A stretch of DNA of 57,771 nt, filler included, from Dirinaria sp. TL-2023a (lineage: Eukaryota), in assembly GCA_051941275.1 (NCBI GenBank). It is 7 parts of 7 records of this genome, joined end to end, with 100 filler letters (N's around TTAATTAATTAA, not from the genome) between each part and the next. Parts side by side here need not be neighbours in the genome. Positions count along the whole stretch, not along the records: positions 8,282 to 16,452 come from JAVEBF010001222.1; positions 16,553 to 24,719 come from JAVEBF010001223.1; positions 24,820 to 32,985 come from JAVEBF010001224.1; 4 more parts are not named here. One strand, 5' to 3'. Below the pieces are notes generated by a model. It saw nothing but the letters and a program-made list of their open reading frames with translations, was not told the DNA's origin and did no database searches. Shown one piece after another: positions 11,877 to 25,221 of this stretch. Within the stretch, counting starts at the first letter, position 1; each line of letters starts with the position of its first letter. Position numbers and translations under genes: made by a program.

Positions 11877-14228
11877 ATGGAAGAAACGAGTGTCGCCTGC
11901 GAGACGGAACTACCGCGGGCGCTCAAGAGAAGAAAGGTGCGCAAAGGCACCCAAAGTTGCTGGGAGTGCAAACGGCGGAAGATCCGGTGTACCTTTGCAG
12001 CCCCGACTGGGTCAAGTTGTGATGGGTGCAGAAGCCGTGGGCTCAGTTGCGTAAGCCAAGCGTTCGACAACGAGCCAGAGCCGGCAAACCGTAGTGTGGT
12101 GAACAGACTATGTCGGGTCGAAGAGTTGGTCGAGCAACTCGCCCAGCGAGCTGGTACTGATCTGTCGAGCTCGCTGTCGCAAGGCTCTCAAGACGCGAGG
12201 ATAGAGGCGGTGGGTGGTAATTCATTTTCCAGATTTCTCCACTGGTATCCATTCTAACGGTAGACAAAGTGCAGGGTGAGCAAGGAGAAAAGGATTCCCC
12301 TTACGCCTTCCAGAACCTCAATTCCCGGTACACAAACTAGTTCAAGCGTGGCTACTCAACCCAAAAATAAGTATGATGAGGTATGTGGTTCGCTACTTGC
12401 TGTATGGCCTAGCCAGAGCGAACTCGATCTCATGACGAGCGTCACTATCGGTATTTCGGTGCCTTTTCACGGCACAGTGTGCATGCCGTACTCTAGATTC
12501 CTGAGCAAGGACATGCCGTCGCCACGAGAAATGTTACAGCTACCTCCGCGTGGGTCCCATCCGGTTTTCATAGCCCGCAAGCTCTTAATGCTCGGATCGT
12601 TCCTGCAAAGCATTCCACCTGGAGCTGTCAAAGACCTGGGCAGGTTGAGTACAAAATACCGCGAGGTCATGTCTCGTGTCGTCGAGGCAGCGAGCAGACT
12701 AGTGACCAGCGACAATGACCTTGTCAGCTCGCTCGAGGGCATTGAGTGTGTCATGATCGAGAGCATGTATCAGAACAACGCCGGAAACCTCCGTCATGCT
12801 TGGCTTATAAACCGTCGGGCCATGCTGATAGCACAGTCTTTGGGACTTCACCTAGTAAAGTCACAATTGTCCAATATGCTTGACGTCAATACCAGAGGAC
12901 GTATTGATCCTGAATACATGTGGCTCCGTTTGGTGACCTCAGATCGTTACCTCTCGTTGATGCTCGGCCTACCGCAGGGCTCTCCTGAGAGCCCCTTCGC
13001 CACTCCAAAGGCTCTAGAACGCTGCACGGGTATAGAACGGATGGAGCGAATCGAAGCTATGGTGGGAGGGCTGATCCTTGAGCGTAACAGAGAGGACTTG
13101 CATAATCTTGAAGCGACCTATGAGATCGATAAGCTACTACAGGATGCTGCTGCCTCAATGCCAGCTCAGTGGTGGCTAACCCCTGATGTCGCCACCATCG
13201 CCGGCTTTGACGCAAATGCATTTACTGAGACAATCCGCATCATCAACCAGTTCGTGCACTATCACCTACTCGCACAGCTGCATCTGCCATACCTGCTACA
13301 GTCCTCAGCTACCTCAAAGTACGATTATAGCAAAATCACAGCCCTGAACGCTAGCCGCGAGATACTTCTGCGTTTCGTGAGTTTCAGCGACTCAAAGATG
13401 GTCGCAGCCTATTGTCGAGGTATTGATTTCCTTGCATTTATTGCAATCACGACACTGTGTCTTGCCCAAATTGACTTTGGCAGGCAACATGGGATACGCA
13501 TGGGCAATTGTGCAACCGTCTTTCACTTCCTTGTACATCAGCGGCTTGCTGACCGTGGACTGATGGAGCGTACGCTTCATAGTATGGAGAAGATGGCTAA
13601 GAATGACAATGACGCCATAGCTTGCAAGATCAGTAGCGTCCTACGAAGTCTGCTCGCTATCGAGGCGGCCGCTGCTGAGGGTGGCTCCTACAACGCTACC
13701 TTTTCATCCGAACATCGTGAGCAAGAAATCCTGTGTGGCGGCAACAGACATAATGATAATGATCCATTGTGCATAACAATTCCGTGCTTTGGGACTATCA
13801 AAATTGAGCATGACAGTGTTGTGAGATACGCCGAAGTGCCGCATAAAAATTGTGGAGAAAACGCTGAGCCCAATCTGGCGGCGAAGACATCGCGTTCCGG
13901 CCCAGGGCTTTGCTTCGAATCAGACGCCGTTTCAAATGTGGCAGGACAGCGATCAAGTTGGGAAGCGTCGCCTTCCGCGACGCGTTCTTCAGTCTGCCAA
14001 ATCAGTGGTCAGCCTGGCTATACCAGCTGGCAAGCTGCACAGTCCCGTATTGGCTCTGTAGAGCCGGCTCAGGGATCCGAAGCGTTAGCAAACGATAAAG
14101 AAGTCTTCAGCTTGGACCGCGATTCCTTCGAGGCAGAAGGTCTGCTAGCGTCGGGACAAGCTCCAGATGTGGACGATTGGGCCCTACAAGGCGTCGACAT
14201 GACCTTGTTCAGCAGTCTATTTCAGTGA
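11877..14228 (+). CDS. Zn(II)2Cys6 fungal transcription factor with fungal TF middle homology region
   Basis: RKGTQSCWECKRRKIRC...CDGCRSRGLSC cluster; intron ~12210-12263 joins in frame to the 650-aa ORF containing AGNLRHAW and DRYLSLMLGLPQG; acidic tail DDWALQGVDMTLF. Confidence 0.93.
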
Positions 14229-15624
14229 ACCTCGTTGAAATGAGACAAAGGTCATGGCTTTGGTGAAAGCTATCCTACCAAAAACGCTCAGTGTCTCTTG
14301 ACGCAGTATGCAAAGAGATAACCCTGCTGAAAATATTGGTAGAACGACTGAGAATATCATCGGACTTTCACATGGGCCGTCGACTGCAAGGGAGACCAGA
14401 AAGTCGTAATTTGACGCTTAGTTCAATTGCGCTGACTCATTGCAATGTGCCCTCCGCTTCACCATTCCATGATTGGAGCTCGTCCTCGTAATATCGGCCT
14501 TGAGCTTCAGAAAGTTCTAACGCTAGATTTTGTGATTATTAAGACAGGCTTCCTACACGAGGGGTAAAATCACCCAACGGGTCAACTTTATATCCAAAAA
14601 ATTAAGCGGTTGTTTTCTGACTTGCTAAGTTCGTTCCTTTTTCCGCCACATATTTCTCGATCCGATACGTGTTGGGATAGAAAAAGAGAAGCTGAGGAGC
14701 AAAATAATTAGGAGTAGATGTGTTGTAATTCTATTGCATGTAGACTTAATGTCGCGTTTTTCTGAGTTTTAAGACTTCTTGAAGACGGGACGATCGTTCG
14801 CAGGATGATAAAGACCTTCTGAGTCGTGAAAATAACTTCCCACAGAAGGATCGAATGTGCTCATAGCTTGATAGTACTTGCAAAAGAACAAAAGGTCTGA
14901 GTATGTCATCTCATTCATTTCTTTGATGAAAGTCTTTTCGAGCAAACTTATTGAGGTCACTTGAGATCGAGTTGACCTCAAGTGCCACCAAAGAAGAAAA
15001 TTGCGATTTTTTTCACTATTCGCGTACGTCTCCCCTCGAACCTACAGTAAGCTCTTCAAATTAACTCATCACGAAGAATCATAAGAGAGTTTTTGTGCTG
15101 ACTTTTTTTTCTTTTCAACCAATTGGAGGGCAACGTTCCTGCTTTTGAATTTGGCGGTGCCGTGCAGATTCTGAACATTCTAACAGGGTCAAAGAGGCAC
15201 TGATGCTCGATTCTGTTCTGTTGTTGTCAACAACTTCTTTCTAGAATATGCGCTAGCAGAACATTATATATCAGCGCTTCGTGACATATCACCGCTAATG
15301 AAGTGTCGATGGGTCAGATCATCAACGAAGAACGATCATTAAGTTGTATGAATGCGCAATCAGAGCAGTCAATCAATGTAATCTTGTTGAAACATACTCG
15401 TTTACAGGGAGCTCAGTAGTCGACACATTATATTTTCCCAACTCTCGTCAGATTGACGAGCTCTCTCGAACTCTCTCTTTTATTCTTTTCTTAATATCCT
15501 ATAGTCATTCTATACAAACAATACCCACTTCTCTTAATTGAACATTTATGCTACATGAAAGCAATATCGAAAGATCTCGATTACGGCGTAAGAAGAAAAG
15601 AAGGTGTATATGTTGCTCATAACC

Positions 15625-16452
15625 TTAGTTCTCCTCGGAGGTTCTCATCGAGGAAAGACTATCGTGATGAAGCAGAAGGCTATTCCTCCCGCGTTGCATT
15701 TCAGTCGCCTTTTCGCTGCGAGCCATCAAAATTGCTAGCGGCGCATGTCCGATCGAAGATAGAATCGTACTGCCGAATAGAATGACCGATTTCAGAGCAT
15801 GATCTGCTCTGTCAATAGGCGTGCTGCGATCGGGCGCAATATCACCAGATCGAAACTCATCGAACTCTGCTAGAATCGTTGGATCTTGTCGAATTATAGC
15901 ATAATCAATGAGTTTCCAGCCCTTTATGTCACGCCAGTCCTTGCCCTTGGATCCCAGTTTTTGGAGCATCAAATGGACGAATGCGGCGCTTTCACATTGA
16001 ACGCAATAGGAAATCAGTTGTTCGGCGCCGTTGTAAATTTCCACGAACTGAATACATCAGCTCCAAAATTGCATAGAATCTTCGCTATGTCTAAGATATG
16101 TATCTCCGCTGTATCTATAATTTCGGCGACGAGCAATCATATAAATTATGGGTGGTATTGGCACAGATTTAATAATGGAAGAGACTCTATCTGTGTCAGT
16201 AGCGTTTACAGCGAGAGTATTCTTCGACTCGGCAGACCTGTCTCGGATTCTTGAGCCTTCGGCAGTCCTAATACTACCATATGGAAGCATCTCGATGTCC
16301 GGTGGGTAACCCAAGGACAAAATCTTCCGTACCATTCCCGCACGATCTTGAAGATTAGCTGGCACAATGTTCGGTCCGCCTATGGCAAGTTGGAGGAGGC
16401 AGATATTTCTATCCTTGGGTTTGGAGAGAAGTTTGCGCACTGGTGCAGAAAT
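15625..16452 (-). pseudogene. Degenerate ankyrin-repeat-like gene fragment (frameshifted, truncated by contig edge)
   Basis: Ankyrin-like pieces MVRKILSLGYPPD, ILDIAKILCNFGADVF (shifted frame, ~16050-16110) and DWRDIKGWKLIDYAI; the main frame is interrupted by TGA at 16057-16059. Confidence 0.4.
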
Positions 16453-16552
16453 NNNNNNNNNNNNNNNNNNNNNNNNNNNNNNNNNNNNNNNNNNNNTTAA
16501 TTAATTAANNNNNNNNNNNNNNNNNNNNNNNNNNNNNNNNNNNNNNNNNNNN
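16453..16552. other. Artificial contig linker
   Basis: N44-TTAATTAATTAA-N44. Confidence 0.99.
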
Positions 16553-19500
16553 AAAAGACCCCAACCGAGGAACGTTGCATAAGATATTCCGATAGGATAT
16601 GTAAAACATATATATCCGCAGTGCACACACACACAATTCTCCCTCCTTTCCTTCCCTCCTTTCCTTTCCTTTCTTTCTCCTTCATTTATCCCCCAATCTC
16701 CGTTCTTTATACTATACTATACTATCTCTCTCTCTCTCTCTCTCTCCCTACTTGCGGGGTTTGTAAATCCCTCCATTTTTGGTTTTGCGGGGTGTGGGGT
16801 GGGAGAAAAGGTTGGTTTTTAAGTAGTAAGTTAGAGTAGATGGCTCTGTTATTATTCTGCTCGCTCGCGACAAAGAAGAAAGAAAGGAAAAATAAGCAGC
16901 AGGGAGGGAACTGAAACTGGTTTTTGAAAGGTAAAGGTAAAGGTAGGGGTTTTGTTTCTGAGATGAAGTCTAAGGTTAGAGGGTTAGAACGTAAGAAATT
17001 TTTGTTTGGAGAAGGAGTGGGAGGAGGAGATGGAAGCGTTCTACTCGCCTCTCTTCCTTTTTTTTTTCTTCAATCTTCTTTTTTTTTTCCGGTGTCGGGA
17101 GGAGAGGGAGGGAGAGAGCCATAAGGGATGTAATTGAGATGTTTGACAGATCCCCTGGTCCGGTCTCTACCTATGCTGGCTGAAATTTTCTTGGGAGGGA
17201 GATGAGATGAGAGGTTTTTTTTTTCCCTTTTTTTTTTTTTTCTTCTTTTTTTTTAAAAGGGCTCTAATTCCGTTTTCTGAAGAAGATTCTTCTTTTCTTT
17301 TTTGCTTAACGCCCTTTTTTTCACGCCTATAAAGCAGGTATGTAGGTAGTGGCCGCAGGAAAAAAAAAGGGGGTTTTCTTTCCCCGTCTAGATATTAATT
17401 ACTAAGGCACTTATTTTATGTCAGATATGCTTCGTGATCGCACTGCCCCTTTTTCCCCAGCTACTTACACTGCAAGAACGGTTTTCGCCTATGTACATGT
17501 AGATCGATGCTCCCTTGTAAAGTAACTCTCTGACTTAGTTGTACTATGTATGTATGTACAGTAATGTATGGTTCTTTGTTTTCGGGTCTAGAGTACCGAT
17601 TTTGCTTTTTTTTTTCCTTCTTTCTTTTGGTCCTGAGTGAAGGGGGAAAATGAGAAAGATGGCTCTAAACCAATTTTTCCTCTCGAACATGTACATAGCT
17701 TTCATGCGAGTGTGTGTGTAAATTGAACAAAAACGATTCGTGTTACTACTACACGGTCCTTTCTTTATTAGGAATGAAGGAAGTGCTTTTGCCAGAGTTT
17801 AGGATACCTGCTTTCTTGCCATTAATCAAATCGTATGTCTCGCTTACGATAAACTATCATGTGAAATATACTTCAATATTTATATTCCAGCACGAAAAGC
17901 CTCATTTTCCATGTTCCGATGCTGAAAAACATCGAAAGACTATATATAAGATATTATTAAGAACGTGGGGGACCTTGATATTTTACCCCACTGAATGACA
18001 ATAGGTCTGTGTGTGCAACGGAGTTTCTCATCTAAGGCTCGATGAGCGTCTAGCTTCGAGACAATTGGGGCGTCTCCTTGCGTTAGTCTAGCTGTTTGGG
18101 TTTGCACTGAAATGATTGTAGATAGGGGGATTTTCAGACCTTTTTGGGGGCGGAGGAATCCCCTCCCTCCCTTCTTTTCACTTAATTAGGCCTTCGTTGC
18201 AATGGGCAGTTTCCAATTCTTGTGCCATTTACCTTTGGATTTATAGATGTTTTTTCTTCTTTCTTTTCTTTTGCGAAGAGCAGTCGAATCTGCAAGTGGG
18301 GAAACACTACAATTAGTTTGTCTCCCGAGCATGCTTTCCCTGATTTGCGTTCAGGTCGTTTTTGAGCGGTGTCTGACCCTAAGGTACACTGGCGAACCTT
18401 CAAAGCCATACAGCTGAGTCTTGAATAATCAAGCTACCGTGATGCTGCTACAACTCGTTCGATGTATGCGACATTTTCCGAAAAGGAGAAAAAAAAGAAG
18501 AAGAGCGGTTCTCTTGCAACGCAATCGGTAAAGATGCAGAGATATCCTCCACTTATGTTTCGCAGCTCTACAGTATTCACAGAGATCCTAGCTTCAAAGA
18601 GCCTAGGAGGGGAATTGTGGGGCCTGAAACCAAAGAGGATTTCGGAGATCTTACGGTGTTTATCGCGGGAGCGGTTCTCTATTCGGCCGGGTTTTTCTTC
18701 ACTTCTTTAAGGGGCGTTTCTGGTTTTTGCTTCAGGTTGCTCTTTTTCCTACGGAACCAGCTTGGAGAGTTGAAAATCTTCCCGGAGAGTACTCAAACGT
18801 ATTCGGTTGTTTAGAAATCAAAGATACCTATTCAGGATTAGATGTTCTTTAATCAAGACGCTATATCATCACGTGTCAAGCACTGCAGCTGCGCCAACGA
18901 TGAGATTGCTTGAGTCGTGACTTTTGGCTTTCACCGCGGTTTTGCTGTTTCTTTCGCAATGTGTCGTTCGAATTTGTTTGGATAGCCGATGGACGTCTGA
19001 ACGAGTGGATCGAAAGGGGTTCTTAAACTTCTTGTAACGATAGAGCTGTTAATCCTTGTCAGACATTTGACAAAACCTTTTTTCTGGTTCGTCTAACACA
19101 ATGTCTGTTTTGAAATGTGGTGGATCACATCTTCTCACGCTATAGCTGATCGAGTAGAAGCCAATGGGTGCAGAAGCTCAACATACTGGCTCAGGGGACT
19201 ACGAATAGAGTGCTCAATATCGACTGATCAGAAGTGGCTACCGTGTTCCAAATGGGAAGGAGGTTGGGCGCGAGTCACCAACCAAAGGATATTTGTACTA
19301 CTAAACGATATGCAAATGTCCGTGTAATGTATTTTGACGAGTAATGAGATTCTAAGGTGCCGTAGATTCCAGCTGTGACACAGGATTTCCGACGCTGGCG
19401 CCGGAATATCAAACGACCACTTAGTTGCTGGTTCGTCACCTTCAATGTTCACTCACGGTTGGTGCGGGGCCAAGTATCGAACCAATTGCAGGACTCTATT

Positions 19501-22500
19501 TGGGGACCACGGACTTGACTCGTTCTTCGGAGAGGGCTACGGTATAGACCATGCAGGGCGAGCTGAAGGGTGGTTTTGCGCCTTTCCTTCTCATGGTGCC
19601 TTACCTTTTCAGACAAATGGGCAATAGGAGTAGTTTTAGAGACGGTTTCTGTTCTAACATTTCCATTCACTTTTCCATTTCAATTTCCCGAATTTTCAGA
19701 GGCCCGGCGGCCCTGTGCATTGCTTTTGATGCTGAGTAGGGCGGGCTTTTACTCGGCCTCCTATATTCCGGCAGAAAAGACAAACACGTATGTTTTCTTC
19801 TTGCGTAACTTACCAAATTGCTCAGTACCTGAGTTGCTGGCATTGCGGGAAGAACCGAAGCCATACCTATTCCCACGCTCCGCCTGGCACCTTACCTTCT
19901 CCTGCTTACTGCATCTTACATTTCCTAATCGGTTCAAAAATCTTCTTTGCATCATATTATTCAGGTGATAGCAAGAGCGCCACCCTTTCCGCTATCGACA
20001 CCGATGATCGACTGTATATGCAGGACCCCGGCCAAGCGCACTACAGGTCAATTACCATCCTGATCACCGAGTATCAGGCCTCCAGGATCCGCGTGGCGAC
20101 GGCGAGACCATTCGCGCATGTTGTCGCCCCGCAGAAGCTTGCTGAGTAACCAGTCACACGTCCAGAAAAAACGACGTGTGGGGCTATTGCTGGCGTGGCG
20201 AGCATGACAAAAAAAATCAGGCACATGACCCTTTGGAAGAAGGCAGGTGTAAGCTTGGATTGACTTGCTGGATGGAAAGGTGTGATTGTCGAGTACCCTA
20301 GCGGCAGGAGATTTCCGAATCGCGCTTCGGTCTTTGTACGCAAGCAAGTGGTAGAGTAGTATATGTAACGTAAAGGTACATTTACCCACGGATCGCTCAG
20401 ACTGGGGATTTCACATCAATATCTGATAAAGCAGATCAAGTAGGAATAGCCAAAGCCAGATTCATCCGAGATCGCCCCCAGAGTCCGGGGTGGCGAGGGT
20501 GGACATGACAGTCCGGACAGTAGCATGAGTACCTCTAAGCTTAACCGCAAGCGCTAACCAAAAATTTATGTTGGGACCTCTAAGGTAAAGTAAGGATGTA
20601 GGTAAGGTACCGTACGGTCGTACCTTAGGTGCTTTTTTCTCTCATTAAACCGGTTTTCCCAATTCTCCTCTCACCGCTACTATGACTCGCCTGTGATTTC
20701 GCCGCTGGTCGATGACAGCACCTGATTGGGATAATCATGATACCGGTGGAATCTGAGTGGCGAGATCTGGGCAACGCTCTCGGTTAGGCTTGCTGTCCCC
20801 AGTGGTTTGTCTACTACAGTCTACCGGGAGCCAGGCTCGCACGATGCTCATCCGCGTGGCGGGATCGTCCAGCGGCGCTCGTCGGGTACACTTCAGGGAT
20901 GTCTTAGCGTCGAGAGTCCGAACAGTCGGGCATCAATCAGTGGATTGGATCTTCAAGCCAAGCATCATTCAGCTACGCTGGACTGTAGATATGATTTTAG
21001 ATCCGCCGAGCTTGATTCGGTCGTGGATCAGCTTCCCACTCTGATTTGGCACCTTCACACGTTTCATACTGTAGAGTACCTACCTAGTCACTACTGTAGT
21101 CGGCCCGTCAGGAACCCCCTGCTGGAAGATCCATGTTACAGGGTGAAACTGCCTGATAAATGAATTGGATCCTGATGTGAGAATCCAAAAATCAAACGCT
21201 GGTTTTTTGTTTTTATGTGTTTCCAGTTTATATACGGAGTACCATGCACCACTCTATACCTTACATACTATGTACTGTAGAGCCTCTATCAAGTTTAGAT
21301 GATTAGGATAGGTCAGGTAGGGGATTGGGTGGTACCGAACAACCGGAAGAGCCTCCGCCCAGGGCCCCAGCAGCGTGTCGACTGTCGAAAGGGGCATGCT
21401 GAGACGGGGAAACGGGTGGCTTTCCAGGTTTTCCCAGCCTCACCCAGCTCGCCCCAGTCCGCCAAGCCCAGTACTTGCCTCCCGGGCCCCGGCTGGCTCC
21501 CGTCCTCTCGTCCTCTCCTGAGTCCTGACCCTGTCCTCTCCTGTCCTCCCGCGTCCTCTCTCTAAGATCCAAGCTGTCCTCCCCTTCCGTTCCCTTCCAT
21601 TTTGAGCCACTTCGTTGCAGGTTTGGATGCTAGTCATCCCAGGCGAAATGAAAAGCTGCTGGGACTAACCCGACCCGACCACTTCATCGTCCCACAACGG
21701 AATGGTCTCAAAGCGAGCCCATCTCCACAAGTCCAAGCGCTCGAGTCATTGTGAAAAAACGTCTCTTAACCTCGCATAGATGATCTACATGCTCTTCCGA
21801 TGATCATCATACTGCAGCTTTTTATTTCCGCCAACCTCGCACCCTACTGCCGGAGAGAACAGCGAGGCACCCAAGATTGCCTGTGAAGCTGCACCCAGAT
21901 ATTGGCCCCTGCCTTCGATTGATCGCTAGTGTATCATTGGTACCTGATGCTACGTCGATCTTCGTGGGGATGCATTGCTGGATGCACAAAGCTGCGCCTG
22001 GCCTTAGCGTCGCTTCTCAGCGAGGTGGTAATGTCGCCAATAACGCTACCTTGAGGTCCATGCGCACGATGGAAAGTCCAGAGCTGGCTGGGTTGGCCCA
22101 GATACTTGGTTCATTGATCGCATGTGCATGCGGTTGATGCTGCAGTAAGTCAAGGTATTCGCTGAATGTGTGGAGAATACGCTGGCAGACGACGTCAGCC
22201 CGGCAAGCCCTGCTGTGGAGCGTCCGCCGTCGACGTGTATCTGGCACGGTTTCCGCGGCTTGAGATTGCACACATAATCAGATTTGCCAATAAGGGGCTC
22301 CGCGAGCAGGAAAAGCGGTATTCGTACGGAAAGCAACGTTCAGTGAATCTTTTCATTTCACGAGATGAGCCACAGAAAAGCTGCCGAGCCCGTTGGAAGC
22401 GATACACATCTGCTAGACGTATTCTATCGAACTGTGCTTTTCGGGAGGAATAATATCTCTGTGCAATCCCTCCCCACGCAGATGCATGAGGATGGGGTCG

Positions 22501-22564
22501 CTAATCCCTAGTCTGCCTGCATGTAGATTTGCTTGAATTTGATAAATGAAGAACGTAGATTCAT

Positions 22565-23971
22565 TCAGGATGCGGCCCGGGAAGTATAGTAGGCCCCGTC
22601 CGTACTGGAGGGGTATCCGCTTGGGAATTGCACATGCATGGGCTGAGGCAGTAGGACCGAGCTGTCGTGAATAGGGCTTGTGACAGTCGTGTTTTGCGGA
22701 TAGTAACCGGTGCTGATACCCAGCCCATCATGAGCACTGGAGAGAAAATTCATAATGCCATTTCGCCTAGGAAGTGGGTCCGAGCATGATTGGTGAAAAG
22801 ATGAATGCTGTAACTGTGGCTGCTCGGGGTGTGACATGTGCTGTGTGCCAAGGCCTGAGTGGTATTGATGCTGGACTGGCATGGCTGGCTGGTGTTGCTG
22901 AGGCATCTGGTGATTCTCGGATTTGATAAATGCAGCATGATTTGGAGTATGCGGATGAGTTTGGGACGTCTGCTGCTGTGTTTGGTGTGGATATTGAGGA
23001 TACGCTGTTGCAGGAGCGTATGTAGTGGGGCTGGTGGGTATAGAGGCAAAACTAGCGGAGCTGATTGATGTAGGAGTCTGCACATGGCTGCTGTAGGGTT
23101 GGAACCCCCCGTAGTACATAGGTGAAGCTTGATCTTGATGGGCGAAGGAAGTATGGGTAGGAGTTGGCAGCCCATGTGTAGATGTGGAGTAAGGCCTCAT
23201 CGGTTGGAAACCAGCTGGCAAGTATGGATATGAGGGTTGCTGGCCCTCTATCTGGTCGAAGGCACCATCGCCGGCGTCATCGAAGTTTTGCACTTTGAAT
23301 TTTGGCTGATTTAACAACTCATCACGTATGGGTATATCCTTCAGCCTTGGGTCTTCTCTGGGCGTCGATAGGTTGTACTTAGCATCTTCGAGAGAGTAGT
23401 AAGATACGAGGTGATGCTGAACTCCGTTTACTGTCACGGTCATTGTCTTCTTCAAAAGCCCACCCTCTTTGAACTCGTAGGAATCCACCAGTGAGCCCAC
23501 CAGGACCCGATCGGCGTCCTTGTCGATGCTGTCTTCTGACTTTAGACCCGGGCTGGTGGGAGAACCATTCTGAGTCGCATAGGTCTCCTCGTTGGCGAGC
23601 GCTTTGATCATAGGAGTAGCGTACGGTTCGCCTACTTTGACGGGCCGCTGGCTTCTTTTCGTTGCTCTCTTCTTCTCACCGGGAGGAAAGGGGCTGTTGA
23701 GTTGACGGTAGATTAGGAAATTCGTCAATATGCGGCTCGGACTCCATGGTATGCCGTCAGTCCATCGTTTTATACCTGACGTGCCCTCCTCGTAGACAAA
23801 GACGTTGCCACTCACTATTAGAGAGTTCCGTTCCCTATCGTGAGGTCGTCGGATGCAGTGAGCCAGCATCCCACTCAAAGCGGCTTCGAAAATAATCAGA
23901 GCGTCCTTGGTGGTCTCAATATGCCCCCGCCATGTTGGAACACATGCTGGAGCAGCGCGGCCGCCGCTCAT
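22565..23971 (-). CDS. RYP1: Gti1/Pac2 (WOPR) family transcription factor, Wor1/Ryp1/Sge1 clade
   Basis: WOPRa: TTKDALIIFEA...RRPHDRER...SGIKRWTDGIPWSPSRI; clade motif PFPPGEKKRA; WOPRb: LVGSLVDSYEFKEGGLLKKT...HHLVSYY; Q/H/P-rich tail. Intronless, 468 aa. Confidence 0.93.
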   Translation of the reverse strand: MSGGRAAPACVPTWRGHIETTKDALIIFEAALSGMLAHCIRRPHDRERNSLIVSGNVFVYEEGTSGIKRWTDGIPWSPSRILTNFLIYRQLNSPFPPGEKKRATKRSQRPVKVGEPYATPMIKALANEETYATQNGSPTSPGLKSEDSIDKDADRVLVGSLVDSYEFKEGGLLKKTMTVTVNGVQHHLVSYYSLEDAKYNLSTPREDPRLKDIPIRDELLNQPKFKVQNFDDAGDGAFDQIEGQQPSYPYLPAGFQPMRPYSTSTHGLPTPTHTSFAHQDQASPMYYGGFQPYSSHVQTPTSISSASFASIPTSPTTYAPATAYPQYPHQTQQQTSQTHPHTPNHAAFIKSENHQMPQQHQPAMPVQHQYHSGLGTQHMSHPEQPQLQHSSFHQSCSDPLPRRNGIMNFLSSAHDGLGISTGYYPQNTTVTSPIHDSSVLLPQPMHVQFPSGYPSSTDGAYYTSRAAS

Positions 23972-24719
23972 AGCCAGTTCCCCTTCTCCCTTTCGTTGGT
24001 TTTAGGGAGGTCTCAGGTTACAGGTTGATAAGTGCACGAGGACCATGGATAATCGCAGGACGTCGTGCTGGACCACCGGCGAAGATGGCTAGGAGTTTGA
24101 AGGTGTTGATACCCTAATTAATCATCCGCCAGGGAACTGGATCTTGGTACCAGTCTTCACGAATGATCGGGAATGTTCATCAAATAAGACTTCCAGTAGC
24201 TGGTGGCGATTTACTGGTTCCGGCGAGCTGATGTGGCTGTTGAGGATTGGAGTGTGGTTGGGCGAACAATAAATTGCGCTGCAACAATTATTGATCAGAG
24301 GGCCTACAGGGTGAACTCAAGATCCACTGAGAGCGCTGGAAATGTACCAGAAAAACATTTATGTGCTTTATCATGCGCTTCGCCGCGCGTGTCCCTGTTC
24401 TAAGCGAAGAGATCCAGAAGAACAGGGTCAGCTCAACATCAAATACGGAACGTGGCGGACAAGAAACTGGGACTGGGACTCCGTATGGTTCCTGAGGTAC
24501 CACTCAGTCCTCTTTTGTCGTCGGTCCAGGACAGAGAAGCGCGAAATGAGTCAAGGAATCATGGTTGCAAAGGATAGAGCAATAAAATCAACAAGGACGT
24601 ACGTCCGGTTCGAGTTCCTACAAATGATGGGCCTGCCAATCCTTGAGTAGATGAGTAGCCGGCAGTACCTATCATAAAGCCTGGTGCCGGCAATTGCGAT
24701 AGCGGGGGGACTTTTGGGG

Positions 24720-24819
24720 NNNNNNNNNNNNNNNNNNNNNNNNNNNNNNNNNNNNNNNNNNNNTTAATTAATTAANNNNNNNNNNNNNNNNNNNNNNNNN
24801 NNNNNNNNNNNNNNNNNNN
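24720..24819. other. Artificial contig linker
   Basis: N44-TTAATTAATTAA-N44. Confidence 0.99.
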
Positions 24820-25221
24820 GCAGCTTGCTTTCTCATGGTGGATCGCTCTTCAGCCGCCGAGAGCAGGTACGGATTTCGCTGATCTGTATGTATTATCTTG
24901 ACATTGTTCATCTTTTCGGCCGTAAAATCTGTCCCTGCCAGCTCTGCAGTGCTGAGGAACTCATCGAGCGCTGCTTGCTCCGTGACGCTGCGCATCTTGA
25001 CCCACGCTGCCTCTTTCGGCTTATTGGTGAGGTACTGACAAGCATCAGCGTCCTGAGCTGATGCAAAGACATTCATCTGTACTTACAGTTTGACCATCTT
25101 GGTCAGTCCGTCGAACCCCAGCAGACACCTTCTTCCTGTCCGAACCTCTCCCCTTTCCAAAGCGGTCATTCATAAGACTGTTCCCCAGCCCTACTGCGTT
25201 TTTGGACTTTGCTAAGACCAT
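24820..25221 (-). CDS. LSG1: Large-subunit GTPase 1 (60S maturation), N-terminal part, truncated by contig edge
   Basis: MVLAKSKNAVGLGNSLMNDRFGKG; intron 25035-25086; WVKMRSVTEQAALDEFLSTAELAGTDFTAEKMNNVKII...NPYLLS. Confidence 0.9.

Noticed and set aside
4469..14228. Apparent cluster of NLR + MFS + oxidoreductase + TF
   Set aside because: Spans a linker, so the NLR is on a different contig; no biosynthetic core enzyme is visible.
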